NCBI GenBank assembly: GCA_045863335.1
Contig: BTVY01000037.1
Coordinates: 10,653-74,652 of the forward strand
Reading direction: 5' to 3'
Length of the DNA: 64,000 bases
From: Candidatus Hydrogenedentota bacterium
GTDB taxonomy: Bacteria; Hydrogenedentota; Hydrogenedentia; Hydrogenedentales; SLHB01
The stretch's first letter is position 1. Each line of letters starts with the position of its first letter. This document shows positions 52,028-61,540 of this stretch, one piece after another. Made by a program: the position numbers and the translations under genes. The notes under the pieces were generated by a model. The model searched no databases and was not told the origin of the DNA. It saw only the letters and a program-made list of their open reading frames with translations.

Positions 52028-54496
52028 TTACGCGGCGGGCGGCAGGACCGCTTTCACAAAGTCCAGGGCCGCAAGCGTTTCCAATAACTCGACCGGAATC
52101 GCGACATATAGCGTGTTCTCTGAGTGCATCTCGGCGACCACCTTGCCTCCCGCGTCGCGGATCGCTCTGGCCGTTTCCAGGTCTATTTTTTCGACCTTCA
52201 CAAATACCCGGACTATACCGTTTCGCACCTTCACGACGCCCTCGGTGTAGTTCCCGTTCCTGACTTTTGCGGCCAAACCACGGAGTTCCGGCGATAGCTT
52301 GGAGAGGACGCGCGTTTCAGACTCGGGCAAAACCTCTTGACCAACGGCCTCGTCCGCCGCGACTTCACCTTCGGACGGCGCCATTGGAGCGCTGGACTCC
52401 AACCGTATACCCTTTGACGCGGCCATTGGAGCGGACTGTGGTACCGCACCGGCGGCACGACCCATGAGCATCGCGCCGTCGTCCCGGTCGCCAAAGACGC
52501 CTTCGTAGCTCACGCCGTCCGGCATCTCAACCGGAACCTGGACCGTCCGCGGCCGGCCGTTTTCATTCACGACCCGCTCCTCGACGGCCACGAAGCTCGT
52601 GTATTGCGTGACGAGCGAGAAGTCGAGGCCAAGGTCGATGATGTCCTGCTTGATCCCCGGTTTGGGTTGACCGGCCTGCATGCCGAGCCAATCCGCCGCC
52701 ATCAGCCACTCGATCCGCTGCCGCGCCCACAACGAGGCCAGTACGTCATTCGCCGGTTCGTCGCCGGGGAGCGTCACGGGAATCGCACGCTCAAAGGGTC
52801 CCTGCGCCGTGTTGCCGCGGATGGTGACGGTGCCTTTGCCCCGGCCGGTGTAGCGGCCGGTCAGCACGATGGGCTGCGACGCGAACAGGTCGGGAATCGC
52901 ATTCGGCGCGGGATACAAGTCCGTCACGGGAAGGCCGTCAAATTCGACCGAGATATCCGTCAACACCGGACTCTGGATCCGTTCGTGGAACCGCTGGGCG
53001 GCTTCGTCGCCGTCCGATTCCAGCGTGATGACTTCAGACGCTCCACGGCCTTCGCGCCCCATCCCCTCGATGAGGAATCGGTTGACGGAACTGCCAATCC
53101 CGAAAGCAAACACCCGCGCCTGGTTCACGTTCCTGCGGATAGCATCGAGGATCGCCATGTCATTTCCGATGAACCCATCCGTCATGAAACAGACAACCCT
53201 CAGCCGTTCGGGGTCGTTCTGGTTGCCCAACGCCGCATGGATGGCCTGCATCATTTCCGTGCCACCGCCGCCTTCCAGGTTCGCGAGGTACTCGAGCGCC
53301 TTAGCGCGGTTCTGGTTCGTATTCGGCACCGCTCGGTCGAAGCAGTACCCCAACCCGCCCGCGAAAGTGACCAGGTTAAAGGTATCGTGAGGGTTCATCC
53401 CTTCGATGCACTGGCGCATGGCCGACTTGGCCTTCTCCAAGGGAAAGCCGCGCATGGAACCGCTCACATCGATGACAAAGATCATCTCCTTCGGCGTAAT
53501 GGCTTCTGGCGCGAGCCGCGCGGGCGGTTGCAGGACCAGGCTAACGAATCCACCCCGGGCGTCGGTGTGCGTGAGGATGGCGTCCTCGATACCCTCGCCG
53601 GCGACCTTGTACTTCAACACGAAGTCGCGGTTCGGGATCTCGTTCCGGTTCTGAAGCCGGATGACGGCATGATCTTCGGAAACCGATTCAACATCCACCT
53701 CGTGCAAGACCGATTGAATGTCGCGGATGGCGAATCCCGCGTTGAGGTCGACAGACAACGAGATATCGTGCCCCGCGCGCGTGCCCTTGGGTGTCACCGG
53801 CGGCGTGATGCGGTCCGCATCGGGCACGTAGCGCCCGTTATACGGGATCGGTCCGGGCCGCACGTTGGGCCGATCCGGCAACGGCTCTTCCAACGGGATC
53901 GGCTCGGGCAACGGCACCGGCCCGCCGTTCGGAATGTAACGCGGACCGACGACCATGGGGAATGAGAACTCATACTCGCCGTCTTCGTATTTCAGGTACT
54001 CCACATACAAGATGGTGATCTCAATCACATCGCCCGGCATGATGTTCGCCACGGACTGCGTGAAGATGTTCGGCCGTTCCTGGTCCAACAGGCTCGCCGT
54101 CTTCCCCGCGTCGCGCGCTTCGCGGTAGATCCGTTCCGCTTCGCTGCGCTCTTTGATGATGCCCTTGATCACACGTTCGCCGACTTTCATCAACATCGTG
54201 TCGACCGCCGACTTCTCGGACATGGGAAAGGTGTACACCGCCTCGATGGGATCGGGGTACGGATTCGCAAACCGCTGCGTCAACGTCACGCGCGCGATGA
54301 AGCCCGCAATCTCGACTTCCACATCGGTGTGCTCCAATGGACACTCCCCGACGACGTTGCCCTGGTCGTCCGGGACGATCACGCAACCGCCGGGCGCAAT
54401 GGACGCCTCCTCGGCAACCGTAGGCAGCGCCAATCCCATACACATCAACAGGGCCAACCGCAGCCCGCATCTCATTAGAGTCGCTCGTATTCGCAT
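52028..54496 (-). CDS. Secreted VIT + von Willebrand A domain protein
   Basis: Signal peptide; VIT QRFANPYPDPIEAVYTFP; MIDAS DVSGSM; GGGTEM; TDG; LVTQYTSFVAV. Confidence 0.9.
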   Translation of the reverse strand: MRIRATLMRCGLRLALLMCMGLALPTVAEEASIAPGGCVIVPDDQGNVVGECPLEHTDVEVEIAGFIARVTLTQRFANPYPDPIEAVYTFPMSEKSAVDTMLMKVGERVIKGIIKERSEAERIYREARDAGKTASLLDQERPNIFTQSVANIMPGDVIEITILYVEYLKYEDGEYEFSFPMVVGPRYIPNGGPVPLPEPIPLEEPLPDRPNVRPGPIPYNGRYVPDADRITPPVTPKGTRAGHDISLSVDLNAGFAIRDIQSVLHEVDVESVSEDHAVIRLQNRNEIPNRDFVLKYKVAGEGIEDAILTHTDARGGFVSLVLQPPARLAPEAITPKEMIFVIDVSGSMRGFPLEKAKSAMRQCIEGMNPHDTFNLVTFAGGLGYCFDRAVPNTNQNRAKALEYLANLEGGGGTEMMQAIHAALGNQNDPERLRVVCFMTDGFIGNDMAILDAIRRNVNQARVFAFGIGSSVNRFLIEGMGREGRGASEVITLESDGDEAAQRFHERIQSPVLTDISVEFDGLPVTDLYPAPNAIPDLFASQPIVLTGRYTGRGKGTVTIRGNTAQGPFERAIPVTLPGDEPANDVLASLWARQRIEWLMAADWLGMQAGQPKPGIKQDIIDLGLDFSLVTQYTSFVAVEERVVNENGRPRTVQVPVEMPDGVSYEGVFGDRDDGAMLMGRAAGAVPQSAPMAASKGIRLESSAPMAPSEGEVAADEAVGQEVLPESETRVLSKLSPELRGLAAKVRNGNYTEGVVKVRNGIVRVFVKVEKIDLETARAIRDAGGKVVAEMHSENTLYVAIPVELLETLAALDFVKAVLPPAA

Positions 54497-54610
54497 CGCT
54501 ACATCCTCCGTTCCACCGCAGGGGCGGGTTGTTCTCGCAGCATCTACGCCCCCTGAGACACCAGGAAGCAGTGGGTGTTCGCGGGATGAATGGCTCGGTA
54601 GCGCTGCGGT

Positions 54611-54639
54611 TTGCAAAAGGCGAAGGGCCGCAATAGACT
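54611..54639 (+). promoter_or_regulatory. Sigma70-type promoter of the TA operon
   Basis: TTGCAA-17 bp-TAGACT followed by a GGAGG RBS. Confidence 0.55.
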
Positions 54640-54659
54640 TGACCGTAGTGGAGGTACAT

Positions 54660-54854
54660 ATGCAAAGCGCCAAGCAATCCGCCCGCGAACTGATCGAGCA
54701 GTTGCCCGATTCCGTGACATGGGAAGATCTTATGTATGAACTGTACGTGAAGCAGAAGATCGAGGACGGTTTACGAGAATTGGACGAGGGCCGTGGAATA
54801 CCTCACGAGGAGGTAAAGAAGCGATTGCTCAACGGCTCGCATGATAAAACTTGA
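54660..54854 (+). CDS. Type II antitoxin (addiction-module component)
   Basis: MQSAKQSARELIEQLPDSVTWEDLMYELYVKQKIEDGL...IPHEEVKKR; overlaps the RelE gene. Confidence 0.8.
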   Translation: MQSAKQSARELIEQLPDSVTWEDLMYELYVKQKIEDGLRELDEGRGIPHEEVKKRLLNGSHDKT

Positions 54855-55146
54855 GTGGTCGCCCCGCGCTGAGCGCGAGCTAGCGCAATTGCGCGAGTAT
54901 ATCGCACTGGACTCCCCCCATTTTGCTCTCCTGTTTGTCGAACGGATTGTACTCTCCGTCGAAAGGCTCTCCGTCTTTCCCCGTAGCGGTCGTCCAACTC
55001 CTGAATGGGGATATAACGACCGAATTCGTGAAGTGATCGTGCAGGGTTACCGAGTCATCTACCGGATAATCGACGAAACGCACATTCAAATCGTCACGGT
55101 CGTACATGGTTCACGAAACCTGCGAATCGAACCGCCAATCCTGTAA
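54841..55146 (+). CDS. RelE/ParE-family type II toxin
   Basis: WSPRAEREL, YIALDSP, FPRSGR, IREVIVQGYRVIY, VHGSR. Confidence 0.9.
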   Translation: MIKLEWSPRAERELAQLREYIALDSPHFALLFVERIVLSVERLSVFPRSGRPTPEWGYNDRIREVIVQGYRVIYRIIDETHIQIVTVVHGSRNLRIEPPIL

Positions 55147-55157
55147 CTAACGCGCTA

Positions 55158-56498
55158 TCAAGCCGGAGCTTTGTCAAATCCCCTGGACTGCGCTCTTAAG
55201 ATTTGATAGTGCACCACGATCCCCGCAGCGATCAGGAAAAGCAGCACGTAGTAAATGGCGAAGACGGCCTCGGTCCATCCCTTAGGAGAAGCGGTGACGA
55301 GTTGGGCGATGACGTTCTGAACGATCAGGACCGTCCAGATAATCCACGCGGCGCGTGGGAACACGTTACCCTCGTAGCCTGCCGGTAGTGGACGCCTCCA
55401 GACGTAGACAATGACAGCGGCGATGCCCAGCAGCATCAGCGGCAGGATGACCATCGAGAACCGCGCGGCCCAGAGGTCCTCGTTGCCGAGATAGATGTTG
55501 GCCCAGCCTTTCAGGCCGTTGCGGATCGAAAAACCGAGTCCCAGGATCAAACCCAGATACAGGCCGAACCGTTCGAGGTTGGGCCGTTGATTGGTGAACA
55601 GCGATTTGTTGACCCTCCGCGCTTCCGCCGGGACGGGGCGGTTCACCAAAAAATACGCGACGCCGTACGCGATGCCGATGCTAATCCCGCCGGTCGATTC
55701 CCAGCAGCGCCACCAATTGAAATTGCCCCCGGGCCAGACCTCGTCCGCCCACTGCCAATTCTGCAACGCCGCCCAACCGATGCCGTTAAGGACGCCGACC
55801 GTCATGATCAGGACGACGTTCTTCCAGTCGCGCCGTCCGAATTCGTAAGCGAGAAAGCCCAGGTAAAGACCCATATGGATGATGGCGGCCCGGTTGTCGT
55901 TGATCAGACGGCGCAGATTCGGATTCGCGTCGAGGTCGTGATACCGCACTTCGAGCGAATCATAAAGTGGCAGAAAGACCTGCGGCAGATGCCGGAACAG
56001 CGCCGCTGCCAACCACGCGCCGCCAATGCCGCAGCCGATGCGGATGCCCCAATGCCAAATCGTTGTGGGCCGTACGGACCCGCACCAGGCGAGCATGCAC
56101 GCGCCGATGCCCGCCCACGGCACGCCCGCGATAAAAAGCCACAGGAATCCGTACGCCGGTGAAATCGGGACGAACTCGCCCGCGGCCGTGTTGGTCTGCA
56201 GACGGCCTTCAAAGAAGGTAGACCATTGCGCCCACCCCCGCGCGCCGGCGATCCCCATCCCCACCGTGACCGCCAGCATGATCCAGCCCGACGTGTACCG
56301 CCGCCGCTGCTCAACCACTGGTTCGCGCGCGATAAACCACCACGCCGCCCCCCACGTCACCCCCGCAAAAATGCAGCCCGCCGATCCGCCAAAACCGCTG
56401 CAACCCCGTACCGCCCACGTCATTCCCCCCAACGCCGCAAAGAGCATCGTGGGAAAGACGAGGTCATGCACGAAATCGCGTCGAGGCTGTGGGTTCAT
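55158..56498 (-). CDS. Multi-pass membrane protein of unknown function (Gly/Trp-rich)
   Basis: About 12 hydrophobic segments; AGGAG RBS. Confidence 0.75.
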   Translation of the reverse strand: MNPQPRRDFVHDLVFPTMLFAALGGMTWAVRGCSGFGGSAGCIFAGVTWGAAWWFIAREPVVEQRRRYTSGWIMLAVTVGMGIAGARGWAQWSTFFEGRLQTNTAAGEFVPISPAYGFLWLFIAGVPWAGIGACMLAWCGSVRPTTIWHWGIRIGCGIGGAWLAAALFRHLPQVFLPLYDSLEVRYHDLDANPNLRRLINDNRAAIIHMGLYLGFLAYEFGRRDWKNVVLIMTVGVLNGIGWAALQNWQWADEVWPGGNFNWWRCWESTGGISIGIAYGVAYFLVNRPVPAEARRVNKSLFTNQRPNLERFGLYLGLILGLGFSIRNGLKGWANIYLGNEDLWAARFSMVILPLMLLGIAAVIVYVWRRPLPAGYEGNVFPRAAWIIWTVLIVQNVIAQLVTASPKGWTEAVFAIYYVLLFLIAAGIVVHYQILRAQSRGFDKAPA

Positions 56499-56627
56499 GA
56501 TGAACTCCTGTCTGAATGCGAGTTGCTCGGCGCATTATGGAGGCGGCGTCGTTGAGCGCTCAAGTTTGGCGATCGGATACACAACGCGAATGGGACCATG
56601 GGCGGCGGCGACGCAACCCAAGTTCTG

Positions 56628-56686
56628 AATCCGAAGCACGAAATCCGAAACAAATCCCAATGACCAAAATCTGAATGACCAAAACA
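56628..56686. repeat. Left arm of a 7-bp-periodic inverted repeat (partner at 61471-61530)
   Basis: AATCCGAAGCACGAAATCCGAAACAAATCC (56628-56657) is the exact reverse complement of 61501-61530. Confidence 0.9.
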
Positions 56687-57025
56687 CTTTGACCGGGCTG
56701 AGGACAGCACCCCCCCAACACGTGAACGGCGGCCTACGGCAGCCCCGGATGCGGCGACTCGAATGTAGACCCGGGTGAAGCGAGGCACGAGAGGAACCAT
56801 GGGTAACGTGACCGCCCCCACCACGCAGCCCCCGAACGGGGGCCACTGAAGAGTTTCGTTCGCACGTACCGCAAGCTTAATTGTCGGACCACCAAGTATG
56901 CCTAAATGGGAGGTGATATCGGATTCTTGTTGACTCCGCACCATCTACACGTCTGGGTAGTATAATCACGTCAGATTGGGTCAACAGGAATCGCGCGTTC
57001 CACACGCAAATCAGGAAACAAAACC

Positions 57026-58042
57026 ATGGATACCATAGCCAGGGATGCGTCCCTAATGGATGAGTTGCGGATTGCACACGATCTGATTCACCGGGGGTTC
57101 GGTGAACTTCAGGAAATCGACATGGGAAACGATTTCTATCATCTCCCTCAGCAACTACTCGCCAGCGGCTTAGAACGGCTTCTAAAATGCTATTTCTGCC
57201 TCGTATTCGAAGCCAGGAATCACCAATATCCAAACTTAAGGTTTATCACGCGCTTCCGTCATGACCTACAAATGCTAAAGAGAGAGTTTGCGGAGAGTTA
57301 CTTCCACGTTACCAGCCAGCTGACGCAGGAGGACCTGGACTTTGTCAAAAACGACCAAGTTTTGGACGAAATCGTCCGTGTGCTCTCCGAGTTCGGAAAG
57401 AAAGCCCGTTACTACAATCTTGACGTCGTTACCGGAGAGGAATCTCTGCCCATTGACGCAAAAGCCGATTGGGAGAGAATCGAAAGAGGCTTACTGGACC
57501 CTGTGCCATATATGAAGGTCGAAGGTGGCGGGTCGCGCTTCCGTGAATATTACCCCGAAGTTAATGCTAGAATCATCGCGCGCCTGGAGCGCTTTGTTAG
57601 GGCCATCGCGATGCAGTTTACCTGTGGAAACCATGGCGGCAAGCTAAAGCAGTACTCTCCACTGCTCGGCAACTTTGTTTCGCTCCGCGATTCACAATTT
57701 GGGACAACCGACTATCGGCAATCCACGCTGATTCTCAAACAGCAGCGCGACACTTGGGTTCGCCGAAGCAAAGTAGAGGTACTCGCCAGCGCCTGGCCAA
57801 CTCGCCAAATTTTCCAGACAGATTTTCCCGGTGAATGGCCGTTCCGTCATGACGAAGTCGTCATTGAATGCAGGGAAAAGCTCTTCTGCATCGTCAACAT
57901 CGAAGCATACGACTTTGCACTCAACGGGGCCGCAAAAAGTCGGTTCGGTTTCCCCTTCCCGCACGATGTCGATTTGGCAATAATCGGGAAGTCAGTAGGG
58001 CCATTTATAGACATGGCGCATGCGCTGGGGTCGCCCAGATAA
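57026..58042 (+). CDS. Lower-GC hypothetical protein: HEPN-like N-terminus plus YebY/DUF2511-like C-terminus
   Basis: LASGLERLLKC...RHDL...ARYY; C-terminal WPFRHDEVVIEC...FALNGAA...KSVGPFI. Domain calls by eye only. Confidence 0.6.
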   Translation: MDTIARDASLMDELRIAHDLIHRGFGELQEIDMGNDFYHLPQQLLASGLERLLKCYFCLVFEARNHQYPNLRFITRFRHDLQMLKREFAESYFHVTSQLTQEDLDFVKNDQVLDEIVRVLSEFGKKARYYNLDVVTGEESLPIDAKADWERIERGLLDPVPYMKVEGGGSRFREYYPEVNARIIARLERFVRAIAMQFTCGNHGGKLKQYSPLLGNFVSLRDSQFGTTDYRQSTLILKQQRDTWVRRSKVEVLASAWPTRQIFQTDFPGEWPFRHDEVVIECREKLFCIVNIEAYDFALNGAAKSRFGFPFPHDVDLAIIGKSVGPFIDMAHALGSPR

Positions 58043-58176
58043 TGAGACCAATCCAACACCACTATGTGTCCAAGTGGTACCTCAACCGGTTTGTCGACCC
58101 ACAATCCGGGCTAGCTCCTATCGTTTATGAAAACGAAAGGAGAACCATTATTGTGCCTGCCGGAATCGCCCGATGA
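58042..58176 (+). pseudogene. Truncated N-terminal stub of a DUF4238-like protein
   Basis: MRPIQHHYVSKWYLNRF matches the H-Y-V-x-x-x-Y-L-x-x-F start of DUF4238. It is coupled to the upstream stop (TAATG) but ends after 44 aa. Confidence 0.55.
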
Positions 58177-58417
58177 AGTAAAGGAAGAGGACGAGCAACG
58201 GAAAAAAGCGAAAGCCAAACCCAAAGAAAAGACGAAACCCAAAGCGAAGCGCAATGCCAAGACGGAGCCAAAAGACAAGAATAGATGATGTCGCGAACGA
58301 TCAACGAGACCTCGCTACGACCAAGCGTGGCCAAAGTGCTACCCTCAGGATTGCGTGGAGAAGATTTCTGCCGCGGAGAAGGGCAAGAGAACGGACGGAG
58401 AGGATCCAGAAATCGAT

Positions 58418-59227
58418 ATGTGCGAATTTGAATCGGTAGCTAGCTTCACAATTTTTTGTGGAAGCGTCCGGAACAGAACCAGATACAACTTCGATAATGC
58501 AACAAAGAAGTTCCTCGACACTGTCCTTGAAACGGCAAAGAAACGTGTAATCGTCTTCGAGCCCGGTTTCAATCTCTGGAGAGCCCAACTTGGCTGCAGA
58601 TGGGAATGCGTGGCGGAGAATCTCAAGCAACCAAGGCCGTACGAATGCGAACGGATGAAGCCTCGAAATCTAGAGGCGACCGAAGGTCGCGTAAATGCAA
58701 AAGGTATTCCCTGTTTGTATCTCGCGACGACCTCGGATGCGGCGATAGGAGAGACTCGACCATGGGTCGGTACCAAAGTTTCCGTCGGACACTTCAGAAC
58801 GACAAAGGAGATAAGGCTTGTCAATTGTATGACGGATCGAACAGAAGACCGGTTGTCGATTTATTTCGTAGAGCCAGAGCCGGAGAAGCGCGCAGAAGTA
58901 ATATGGGAAGAGATCAACTTCGCGTTCTCAATGCCTATACAAAACACCGACTCAACCGCCGACTATGTACCGACTCAGATTATTGCGGAGAAATTTCGTC
59001 AGGCGGGATATGATGGTATCGCGTACAGTAGTTGCCTGGGCACTGGCACAAACGTCGCCCTATTTGACTTGGATGCGGCGGACATGTGCTCGTGTTCACT
59101 TCACAATGTAAAGTCCGTTTCGTACAAGCATGAAAAGTCCAAATTGAAAGGCGGACAATACGTAAATGCGGACACCCACTTGAGCGTTCATGACTGGATG
59201 CAAAAACACGTTGACAAAGAATCGTAA
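58418..59227 (+). CDS. RES-domain protein (NAD+ phosphorylase-like)
   Basis: GRVNAKGIPCLYLA (R), IGETRP (E), YDGIAYSS (S), YVPTQIIAE, NVALFD. Confidence 0.88.
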   Translation: MCEFESVASFTIFCGSVRNRTRYNFDNATKKFLDTVLETAKKRVIVFEPGFNLWRAQLGCRWECVAENLKQPRPYECERMKPRNLEATEGRVNAKGIPCLYLATTSDAAIGETRPWVGTKVSVGHFRTTKEIRLVNCMTDRTEDRLSIYFVEPEPEKRAEVIWEEINFAFSMPIQNTDSTADYVPTQIIAEKFRQAGYDGIAYSSCLGTGTNVALFDLDAADMCSCSLHNVKSVSYKHEKSKLKGGQYVNADTHLSVHDWMQKHVDKES

Positions 59228-59263
59228 CGTGAGGACCACTCATATCCCCCGAATCCTTCTCTT

Positions 59264-59447
59264 AAATCTCAAATCTGAACTCTGAAATCTTCACGAACCC
59301 AGACCCCAACTCCGCGCAGCCGTTCATCATTCATCGTTTCCCGCTCCTGACCTTCGCCAGGCTGGAGCCAGGCGCTCCCAGTACTTCCATACTCCCGTCC
59401 CGCTTCCTTCCCTGCGGGTCCGTGTCTGTCCGTGTCTGTCCGTGTCT
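59264..59447. repeat. Microrepeat patch: 7-mers, REP-like hairpin and a 10-mer x3
   Basis: AAATCTC/AAATCTG/AACTCTG/AAATCTT (59264-59291); TTCATCATTCATC; GCCAGGCTGGAGCCAGGC; (GTCCGTGTCT)x3 at 59418-59447. Confidence 0.75.
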
Positions 59448-59517
59448 TTCAAATCCGCAGTCTCCCGCCAGAAACACTGCAACACCCCGGCCGATCTCTA
59501 CAAGGAGATCTCACACC

Positions 59518-61166
59518 ATGCCAACCACCCCAATTTACACGACCCTCGGCACCCCCTGCGCCCGTTCCTGGTCCAACGACTGGATCGCCACCGTCGACGC
59601 AACCGAACGCGATCTCAACCACCGAATCTGCGGCGCCCGCCTACCCGATGGCACGCCCTGTTGCAACCAATCCGACCACCTCTCCGGACGCTGCCCCTAC
59701 CACGGCGGCTTCGACCTGACCGGCGCGCCCCCCGGCAACCGCAACCACGTCATCCACGGACTCTACTCCCGCCGCCTAAGACCCTGCACCCAAACCTGCC
59801 CCCACTGGCAAACCTGCCCAATCGCCAACACCAAAGAGCCCCAAGAGAGCCGTCATCCCCGCGCAGGCGGGGACCCATCTTCACAATTTCCCAACCCATC
59901 CGACCAATCCCACACACCCGATCCGACTGATCGGCCCGATCCGTCCGATTCTTCTCTCCAGTCTCCAGCCTCCGGACTCCAGCCTTCTCCAAATCCGCAA
60001 TCCGCACTCCGCAATCCGCAATCGAAATCTTCCCTCCAGTCTCCAGCCTCCGGACTCCAGCCTTGTCCCACTTCGTCCTATAGGTCCCATTCGTCCTATA
60101 TGTCCTATTCCCAAAACGCCAAGCCCCCGCAATCACCACCCACCTGCGTTTATCAGTTGACCGAATACAACACCGTCCTAACCGACGCCCTAGCCATCGT
60201 CGAATCCCAGCCCCATCCCAACCCCATGGGCATCCACAACGCCCACAACGTCGCCATGCTCCAGGTACTCGTCAACGCCGCCACCACCCACCTCGCCCAG
60301 GACGCGAACCTGTGGGCATCCGAAGATACTTTCGACACTCCTAACTCGAACAAGGTCCTCGCCTTCACACGCCTCATGCGCGAGTTCAGACACTCACTAA
60401 AACTCCTCCACGCACCGGGGTTGACCCCCTTGAACCGTCACAATTCCACGGGTGCACCCCCAACTGCCGAAGGCATCCTCCGCCACGCCCAGCGCATCCA
60501 ACACGACACCGGCCTCGACCCCGATTCCATCGACGCCGCCCAACTCCAACCCCAGACCCCCGAAACCCACGCCAAAGCCTTCATCCAACAAGCCGCCCTC
60601 GCCGGAGGCAAAGGCCGCGACGTAGAAATGTGCGAAGCCTTCGACAACGCCGCCCTTCTCGACGAACCCTACGCCGAATCCGAACGCAGCCACGTCTTAG
60701 CTAGCTACCGCCCGCCAGACACAGCGTCTCCGAAGAACTCGCCGAAGCCATCCTCGGCCACCTCCACATCGAACCGCCCGTACCCCAAAACAGCGCAATC
60801 ACCAACGATTCCACTGTCTCCATTCCCCCTTCGAAGAGGGACCAAGGGGGATGTTCTTCAACCAACTCGCCATCCATAGATCAAAACCACGAAGAAGAAA
60901 TCTCAATCGACACCGCCAAAGTCCTCCAGGACTACCTCGACACCCTCCGGGCCGGCGGAATACCGCCCGCAGCGTTCCCCATCGGCTCCAAAGCACGAGC
61001 CGTGGCCGAGGCGATCTATACGGGGCCACCCCACGGCGCCCAGCGTGACGTAACCCAATCGAACGCGCGCGCAGGTGTGCTCGGAGCATCCGATTGCGAG
61101 GACGTGAAGACCCCCTCCCCAGCCCTCCCCGTGGACGGGGAGGGAGTTGGTTCTCCCCCGGCGTAG
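59518..61166 (+). pseudogene. HGG-motif (HGGxSTG-like) Cys/His protein with repeat insertions and an apparent -1 frameshift near 60705-60720
   Basis: AAGGAG RBS; CGARLPDGTPC...GRCPYHGG...TGAPPGNRNHVIHGLYS. The frame from 60720 continues HSVSEELAEAILGHL...SIDTAKVLQDYLDTLRAGG to TAG at 61164-61166. Confidence 0.6.
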
Positions 61167-61453
61167 GGTTTGTCGAAAAAGATGCGAGCGTCTATGTCAC
61201 ATCGTCATCCTGAGCTTGCGAAGGATCTCATCACGCCGAGGCCTAGCTGCATAGAGATCCTTCGCAAGCTCAGGATGACGGCTGCGTCTGATGCTTCGAC
61301 AGGCTCGGTACCGTGGGAACTAAAAATCAATTTTTCTGCTTTGCTTACTCCACGTTCGTGTGCGACCGCGGCTTGGGCGTCCTCGCCCAAGAGACCCGGA
61401 GCGATGATCGGTGTGATTTGTCACGGAAAACCTTGGGCGAGGACGCCCAAGCC
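61111..61453. repeat. Stack of three unrelated REP-like hairpin families
   Basis: CCCTCCCCGT-GG-ACGGGGAGGG (61123-61144); 27-bp perfect IR CGTCATCCTGAGCTTGCGAAGGATCTC (61203-61229/61254-61280); 22-bp perfect IR GGCTTGGGCGTCCTCGCCCAAG (61370-61391/61432-61453). Confidence 0.85.
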
Positions 61454-61470
61454 ACGAGATCCCGCTCCGC

Positions 61471-61540
61471 GTTTTGGGCATTTCTCCATTTGGAACATTC
61501 GGATTTGTTTCGGATTTCGTGCTTCGGATTTCGGATTTTG
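61471..61540. repeat. Right arm of the 7-bp-periodic inverted repeat (partner at 56628-56686)
   Basis: GTTTTGGGC...GGATTTGTTTCGGATTTCGTGCTTCGGATTTCGGATTTT. Confidence 0.9.

Noticed and set aside
56930-56966. TTGACT...TATAAT promoter for the HEPN-like gene
   Set aside because: The spacer is 25 bp, incompatible with one sigma70 promoter; only the -10 is credible.
59518-60879. Prophage inferred from the terminase-small-subunit-like motif
   Set aside because: No large terminase, portal, capsid or integrase gene nearby.
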